59,832 nucleotides of DNA from Alloascoidea hylecoeti. Lineage: Eukaryota. A program made the translations under genes and the position numbers. The stretch's first letter is position 1. Each line of letters opens with the position of its first letter. The notes under the pieces are model-generated. The model ran no database searches and was not told where the DNA came from. It was given only the letters and a program-made list of their open reading frames with translations. Below, in pieces: positions 52,715-59,832 of the stretch. The DNA is taken from NCBI GenBank assembly GCA_001600815.1, contig BCKZ01000013.1:645621-705452 (forward strand). The letters are read 5' to 3'.

Positions 52715-53824
52715 GTTGGAAAGAGGGGGGTATATCGACGTTATCAGCCAGAAATAAAACATCAAGTATATGATCTGATTCATGATCATGGTTATACTGT
52801 TGCAGAGGCATCCCGGAAACAACACGTTCCATCATCAACAATTCGTAATTGGTTAAAAGAAGAAGAAATGAATCCTGACTTCAGACCTGTTGAGAAAAAG
52901 GAATGCAAACCTGGTCCAAAACCAGGAACTACTGGAAAGTTAAACGACACTCAAAAAGATTTCATGATTGCCCTGATAGATGATGATCCGGGAATAACAG
53001 CGAATGGAAAGGTGGACCAATTAACTACTAATTTCAATGGTTTAAAAATATCGAAAGCTGTCCACTCTTATATCACTAAAAAGTGTAACCTATCCCTCAA
53101 ACAGGTTTCATATCATAGTATTGACAGAAACAGTGAGGCATCAATTGAAAAAAGTAGATGTTGGGTATTTCAATGGGAGCCGCATCTCAACTACTTACAA
53201 AATACAGTATTTGTTGATAAGAGTTCTTTCACCGTTCATATGAGTCGCTCGGTAGCATGGTCCACCAAAGGTGAATGGGAAACAGTTGCTGTTCCTCGAA
53301 CACGGTCAACAACAACGACCATTTTGGGGGCGATAAGTGCTCATGATCCCTTTTATTTGAGGTTAAGGTTCGACAACCAGCAATGAATAAGAAAAGAAAA
53401 AAGGATCGTGGTAATGAGACGACACAGCTAGCTCCTAACAACAAATACGGGACCAATAGTAGTCACTATTTTAGCTATATTAAACATTTCATAGGAGAAA
53501 TGGATAGACACAGTATTTATAAGGAGGCCTACATAGTCACGGACAACAGTCCCATCCATAAAAATCATGAAATATCAAAGTTCATAGGAGAAAAAGGATA
53601 TTGCTGTGTTTTGTTTACCTCCCTATTCACCGGACCTCAATCTGATTGAGCTATTTTGGGCGGTCTCAAAAGCTCGGGTTCAACGTGAGCATGTTGATAA
53701 AGAGGAGGAATTAATTGAAAAATTCCGTGATGCCGTGAAATCCATACCAAAAGAATATTATAAAAACTTTTGTGAACATTCATCGACGTTCTTCAAAAAT
53801 TGTAAATTAGGAGATCCATTGTAG
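52715..53824 (+). pseudogene. IS630/Tc1-family DDE transposase pseudogene (two frameshifts, no start ATG)
   Basis: HTH (YTVAEASRKQHVPSSTIRNW), VFVDKSSF, TTILGAIS, IVTDNSPIH and LPPYSPDLNLIE split over three frames, with approximately D34E spacing. Confidence 0.9.
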
Positions 53825-53900
53825 TACGTAGCAATAAATAGGAGGCTTGAATATCATTTTCGTATATAATACTTGATGGTTTGTATAGTGGTTTATTTAT

Positions 53901-54043
53901 GTCGATGAATATTCACAAAACTTTTATAATATTCTTTTGGTATGGATTTCACGCCATCACGGAATTTTTCAATTAATTCCTCCTCTTTATCAACATGCTC
54001 ACGTTGAACCCGAGCTTTTGAGGCCGCCCAAAATAGCTCAATC
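53901..54043 (-). repeat. Inverted copy of the transposase 3' segment 53644-53787
   Basis: Near-identical reverse complement encoding IELFWA.SKARVQREHVDKEEELIEKFRD. Confidence 0.92.
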
Positions 54044-54064
54044 GGATAGGGACAGTGATATCTT

Positions 54065-54335
54065 TTTTCGGGAAAATAGTTAATTAACTCCCACACTTAA
54101 CGCTAATTAGTTCTCGTACATAGCATCAATTAATGTTTACAGATAGCGCCAATTAAATTTCAAAGATAAGTCTAATTAATTTTCAGCAAGTACGCTAATA
54201 ATCTTTACACACGGATCACTAGTTAATTTTCAAAGGAGTGACTAATTAATCGTTTATACGGATCGCTAAATTATTTTATAAAATAGCACTAATTAAGTTT
54301 CGTAAATAACGCTAAATAATTGACGATTTTTACTG
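54065..54335 (-). repeat. Array A-right: 11 units, ~23-nt period, inverted relative to A-left
   Basis: CGCTA-like cores at 54078, 54101, 54124, 54147, 54170, 54193, 54217, 54240, 54264, 54287 and 54310. Confidence 0.88.
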
Positions 54336-54344
54336 CCTTTTCTA

Positions 54345-55160
54345 TTGAAAAGGGTATAAGATAGAGGATAGAGAACTAAATCCACCTCTGGATTTAGTCT
54401 CCTTTTTTATTAATATTTATGTATATAAGTTATATAATTGTGAGTATAAATATTAAATAATAAATCGGCGTACGTCAGAAGTATTTTTCAACATTCCCGC
54501 TACTTCGAAACATTCAATAATAAAAATAAGAAAGTAAAATAAGTAGTTGAAAATAGGATATTAATAATAAGTTTTTAAAATAATAAAATAAGAAACTTTT
54601 CTTTAAAATAAAACAAGCTTTCCCTTTTCCAAATTAATAAGATAAATGAGTAATAAGTTTTCATATATAATTTGAGATTTCAAGTAACATAAGTTAAACA
54701 TAATTGAATAGAAATAAACAATAAATATAAAATAAGATATAAAATTTCAAATAAGTATTAAAAGTATTTTTAGTTCATGATCTTATTTATCAATAAATTG
54801 TATTGATTATGTTCCAGATTTTTTGTAAGTTGGTCTGCCATTTTCATTTGTTTGTATTAATAAAGTTTTATACTTCCATTTTCAACTAATTGTCTAGTGA
54901 AGAAATACTTGATCTCAATGTGTTTATTACGACCAGTACTGTGTATTCCCATCATAAGTGCTGATTGATTATCGTTAACAATATTGAGAGGATTAACAGA
55001 TAAGTTGAGTTCCTTAAGAAATTTTTTTACATATAGAGCATGATGAGTTCCACAGCAAATCGCAGTTAATTCACTCTCAGAATTACTTAATGTAATTGAT
55101 GAGATCTTCTGAGATTTCCAACTTACCATATTGTTGTTCATGAATGTGATATAACCATGA
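54345..55160 (-). mobile_element. Ty1/copia 3' fragment: RNase H remnant (~55160-54830), 3' UTR and 3' LTR (~54493-54345)
   Basis: VSWKSQK..TLSNSESE..DNQSA..RNKHIEIKYFF is copia RNase H. On the minus strand a purine-rich GCGGGAA directly precedes TGTTGAAAAA. Confidence 0.85.
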
Positions 55161-55179
55161 TTATGACGATTTTAAGTGC

Positions 55180-55791
55180 TTTTTTTATTGAAGTAAAGTA
55201 GTTAAAATATGAATAAGATAAAGGATAGAGAACTAAATCCTTAGGGGGATTTAGCTTCTATTTATATTAATTTTAAGTATATAAGTATATAAGTTATTCA
55301 TAAGAATATTAAATAATAAATCGCAGTATGTGAGAAGTATAACTCACATTCTCAGAACTTTGATACATATAAGAATTTAAAAATAGAAACAAACATTTTC
55401 TTAAATATAATAAATGTTAATAAATATAAAATAAATGTTTTGAGATATAAATAACATAAAATTTGAGATATTTGAGATAAGCATATCAAGATAAAAAGGG
55501 TATAAGAAAAATGAGTATTTTTAGATAAATATAACAAAAATAATAAGATAAATAGAATTTATCATTTTTAAAGAATAAACTATTTTGTGTAAAATGATAT
55601 GTTTTAAGAGATTTTTAAATAAATATAAAAAACTTTTAGCTTTTAATTTGTAAGAAATATTAATAAGATAAAGGATAGAGAAAGAAATCCAGAGGTGGAT
55701 TTCTTCTCTTTTTATATTACTTTTTTACTGTATAACTTATATAAATTAAGATATTATTAATTTGCATATGTTGCTAAATATAGTTTCAACA
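55180..55791 (-). mobile_element. Two further minus-strand LTR copies (~55190-55348, ~55640-55791) with adjacent 3'-UTR remnants
   Basis: Both share TAAGATAAAGGATAGAG, the hairpin and GAAGTAT/AAATAT...CA|TTCTCAG with the 54345-54493 copy. Left boundaries are approximate. Confidence 0.7.
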
Positions 55792-55917
55792 TTCTCAGTA
55801 TTTTAAGGCATATGCAAATTATAAAGTAATCAATAAAAATAATAATGATAAAAATAAGTTTTGTTTAATTCTAATAAAAATAAAAACATCATAAGTGTTT
55901 TTTGTTTAATAAGAATA

Positions 55918-57700
55918 TGTTAAAAAATGATATTCAACAAGATAAATATTATTAAATAAACTATATAGATATATAAGAAAAATGAATATAAAAGGGACTA
56001 AATCCTGAGGATCTCAATCCTGTTTATCTTATTACCATCTCTTACTACTAAAAGTGAAAAATTTACAAAATTAATAGATTTCCAATCTTTTCGTCTTGTT
56101 AAATTTGATCAATTACTAGTAAAATTTTCACAAACTTTTATTACAAACTTTATTTTTACAAACTTACTTTACAAATTTTATTAAAATTTACTATTCCATA
56201 CAAAAATGTCTGGTGAATTCGCAGTCAGTCCAGATCCCCTGGACACTACTAAAACCTTCACCTATCAGGACTTCGTGATGTATGGAACAAAAGATCTGCC
56301 TTATGAACAATTTAAATTGTTCAACGAATCAATTAACAACCAATCATTTGAAAAATTTGACAAGGGCTTTTACTTTCCAATTGTGTTCGCCTGGTTTGAG
56401 GCCACATTTGCAAGTCTTTTAACCGACAAGAATCATTCAAATGATGTAATTATTGAATTGAACAACTGTGGCCATCATCCTATTAACTTTAGTCATACAA
56501 TCGACCATATGATTAGAGTTAGATTTACTGACAATGTTTTAAATGATTTTGACTCCAACTTAACCGGCATACAGTTATTTACTGAACTATACAATGCATA
56601 TAGTAAGGTTAATTTTGAAACACTTGAAAGAATTCTACTTTTAAAACATGTTATGAAAAATATTATTACCCATGGTTCTAATTATAAAGAATTCAATAAC
56701 CACGTCACTATTATGCAATACTACTTCGACCATTTCAACTCATTTACGCCTTACTTTGCTATGTTTAATGTATCACCAGAACAAATTGATACTGTACTAA
56801 ACAGAGAACAATTAGCAACTTACACCGCCTTTGAAGGATTTACATACAGAAACTTGATTAAACTTACCAAAAATCTTGATAAATTTAAAAATATTGAAAC
56901 AGAACAAGTTAATTATCTTAAATTTAATAAATCCGTTACTTCTAACTCCGATAATACTTCCAATGATAATATTTCAAAAGTTTAGTATGGTCTTTCAAAC
57001 GATCCAACAGTTAACGATGCCGACGAAGTATTCATTGTCCAAGACATTCCATTCATTTTAGACTCGGGATCAACCTGTCATCTAGTCAATGATGAAACAC
57101 TATTGGAAAACATTTTGGAATCAAATACGTATGTTAAAGGGATTGATAACGTGGCATCTAAAGTCAAACAAGGCGATCTTACCATCGGTAATCTCACCTT
57201 ACATGATGTAAAGGTATATCCAACATCGGATAAGAATATCATTTCAGGAGATCTTCTTACCAAAATTGGATATAATATAAACTTAAATCATAAACATGCA
57301 ACTATTACGAAGGACAATCAGCTGATTCTAAAAGCAATCAAAAAGAATCGATTTTGGGAAATTACTCCAAATGATTCTTAAAATTAGAAGAAACAAATTT
57401 AATGGATCTTCATGTTAAAAATCGTGATGCTTCTCCTGATTCTCTAAAAGGGCAATTTCCGAAATTAAATCTCTCTGAATTACGTTCTATTGTACAAAGT
57501 TGTCTCATCTGTGCTTCTCAAGTTAAATTATATCATGGTCCATTCAAAGATGACAAACCCACATCACCTGGTTCTTATGTTAGTGCTGATATCTTTGGTC
57601 CAAACAACGGACAATATGGTCTGACTCTCGGTGATCGTCACACTGGTTTCCTAATGGGGTATATTCTACAATCCAAAGCAGAAGCATCTGATAAATTGAT
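55918..57700 (+). mobile_element. Truncated Ty1/copia element: 5' LTR (~55918-56077), gag-like ORF 56206-56985, protease and integrase N-terminus
   Basis: The LTR matches 57826-57997. Protease FILDSGSTCHLVND; integrase H...CLIC and VSADIFGP; stops and a frameshift near 57380-57400. Confidence 0.85.
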
Positions 57701-58260
57701 TGTATGTATATAAGTTATATAATTGTAAGTATAAATATTAAATAATAAATCGAAGTATGTAAGAAGTATTTTTCAACATTAACTACATTTATATTATTCA
57801 ATTATTTTTTGAATATTAAAAAGAATGTTAAAAAATAATATTCAACAACAAAATAAATAGTAAATATACTATATAGATATATAAGAAAAATGAATATAAA
57901 AGGGACTAAATCCTCCTCAGGATTTAGATCTCCATCCTGTTTATCTTACAATCATCTCATACTACTAAAAAGTGAAAAATTTACAAAATTATTAACATAT
58001 CCGATATGCAGTGCAGATTAATCATCAAATGATCTGCATAGGTTTCCTATTTATATTGAATTACGGGCCTTGCATGTTAATTAATGCAGGGGGTGCGTGG
58101 TCATTCATATACTACAGCAAGCCCCTTAATATTGCCACCTTCTTATTATTATTTAGCCTATATAGTTACATATATAAGATAGCTAAATCCATTGGATTTA
58201 ACTCTCTACTTTTTCTTATTTCTCTTTAATATATTTTTACTTTATTAGTTTCACCAATTA
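57701..58260. mobile_element. Nested LTR pieces: minus-strand partial (~57701-57778), full TGTTAA...TTAACA LTR (57826-57997), degenerate copy (~58140-58260)
   Basis: Similarity to the LTR copies at 54420-54493, 55918-56077 and 59741-end, plus the shared hairpin. Confidence 0.75.
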
Positions 58261-58279
58261 TTACTTTAATGTCCTTGCT

Positions 58280-59250
58280 AGTCTTGATGAAGACACTGAA
58301 ACGAATGACGCTTCTTTAGATGGTAACAACACCTTAACAAAAGAAACAATACAATCAAACAATGGTTCATCTGCTTTCACTAATTCAAATCATAACTCTG
58401 TTAACTCTGATTCTGTATCATCTGGTTCTATTAGTCCTGAAGAAATTGTTCCAAAAGACTATATTCTGGACGCATCAATCAATGCTTTGAACTTCAATAA
58501 ACAAAAAACCAAATTATCTAACGTTCCCACTGCTGTTCCTTTTTCAAACTCTTCAAACTCATCGGTTGACACTCAAGGAGACACAATCATGAAAGACTTT
58601 CCTACATCAACTCCTAATAAAAAAGTAACAATCAATAGTCCTGAGTGAACCCATGATTATATAGTCGAAGACATAACNGATCAAAAGGAATTACCAAGTA
58701 ACTACAAACAATTGAAGTATTATGACGATGATCCTCTTAATGCATTGGAAAAACAAATAGTACATCAACCAAAGCAATCAAAACCTGACAGAATTACTGA
58801 TTCCCCTGATCCTATAGATGTTATTGACAAGTCCCTTTCACGCTACTTTTCAAATAATTTAGAAGAAACATATTTACTAATGCCATACACAACAGAAGCA
58901 ATTCCTAAAGATTATTCTGAAGTATTGAAATCAAAGAGTAAAGACAATTGGGAACTAGCTATGAAAATGGAACTAGAATCACTGAGAAAACATGAAGTTT
59001 ATACCGAATCAAAAGAAAAAGTACAAAAAAAAAAATAATAAGTTCAAAATGGGTATTTACTTTGAAAAACATGAAAGGTTTACCTGTTTATAAGGCACGA
59101 CTGGTTTGCAAGGGNTTCACTCAAATGAAGGGTATCAACTTTAATACCACATATTCACCAGTCTCTTCATATGACAGTTTCCGTACTCTTCTTGCTATTC
59201 ATACTCAACATCCAGAACATGTAATGGTCCAAATAGATGTGAAAACAGCT
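58280..59250 (+). mobile_element. Ty1/copia pol remnant: IN-RT linker and reverse-transcriptase N-terminus
   Basis: IPKDYSEVL..WELAMKMELESL, KWVFT, YKARLVCK.FTQ..GINF..TYSPV and QIDVKTAF, with a stop and a frameshift. Confidence 0.88.
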
Positions 59251-59832
59251 TTTGTTTCTCTAATGCATTGAGAGGATCATCTTCATAATACTTCAATTGT
59301 TTGTAATTGCTTGGTAATTCCTTTTGATCGGTTATGTCTTCGACTATATAATCATGGGTTGACTCAGGACTATTGATTGTTACTTTTTTATTAGGAGTTG
59401 ATGTAGGAAAGTCTTTCATGATTGTGTCTCCTTGAGTGTCAACAGATGAATTGGAAGAGTTTGAGAAGGGAACAGTAGTAGGAACATTGGGTAGTTTAGT
59501 GGTTTGTTTTTTTGTTGAAGTTTAGTGCATTGATTGATGCATCTAGAATGTAATCTTTTGGAACATATTCTTCAGGGCTAATGGAACCAGATGATACAGA
59601 ATTATGATTAGAAGAGGTAGAAATAGATGGACCATTGTTAGATGTTGATTAGAAAAATTGTAAATTGTAAGTTTGTAAAAGTAGTTAATATTAATTGTAT
59701 TAAAGAAAAAAGGTTAAGGAGCCAAAATCCTTTAAGAAGATGTTGAAAAATACTTCTTACATACTTCGATTTATTATTTAATATTTATACTTACAATTAT
59801 ATAACTTATATACATAAATATTAATATAAAAG
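59250..59832. mobile_element. Inverted diverged copy of the pol linker (~59250-59640), then an LTR fragment (~59643-59740) and an LTR starting at 59741 that runs off the window
   Basis: The minus strand encodes MKDFPTSTPNKKVTINSPE...PLNALEKQ, matching ~58590-58758. TGTTGAAAAATACTTC at 59741 is the reverse complement of the LTR end at ~57778. Confidence 0.8.

Noticed and set aside
52715..54100. Fanzor/TnpB associated with the IS630/Tc1 element
   Set aside because: No RuvC motifs or Cys4 zinc finger are visible; the extra ORF is an inverted piece of the transposase itself.
51855..54335. CRISPR array interpretation of the repeat-spacer arrays
   Set aside because: Eukaryotic context, degenerate ~12-nt cores with ~11-nt spacers, no cas genes, and an inverted-pair layout that fits transposon ends better.

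Overview
AT-rich eukaryotic DNA from a budding-yeast-like fungus (probably Saccharomycotina). It has short spliceosomal introns of 56-145 nt. Bases 1 to ~49,200 hold about 19 housekeeping genes: LIN1-like, POL2, YIF1, an ArAE/FUSC-type membrane protein, a DHA1 MFS transporter, DES1, MAP2, PMT1, NIPSNAP, an F-box protein, DUF3844-like, DUF3752, DUF2462, ADE6, UGP1, VPS1, a Zn2Cys6 factor and two tandem FSH serine hydrolases. I rebuilt several of these by hand across introns that the ORF track misses. From ~49,300 to the end there are no host genes. That part contains a probable solo LTR, a broken IS630/Tc1 (DD34E) transposase and a dense nest of Ty1/copia fragments with short LTRs. The most unusual structures are three strictly ~23-nt-period arrays around the transposase (two are inverted copies of each other, the third has a different motif), a hairpin conserved in the LTRs with compensatory base changes, an in-frame gag-TAG-pol junction and two fold-back inverted duplications. 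All identifications come from motif recognition; no database search was run.
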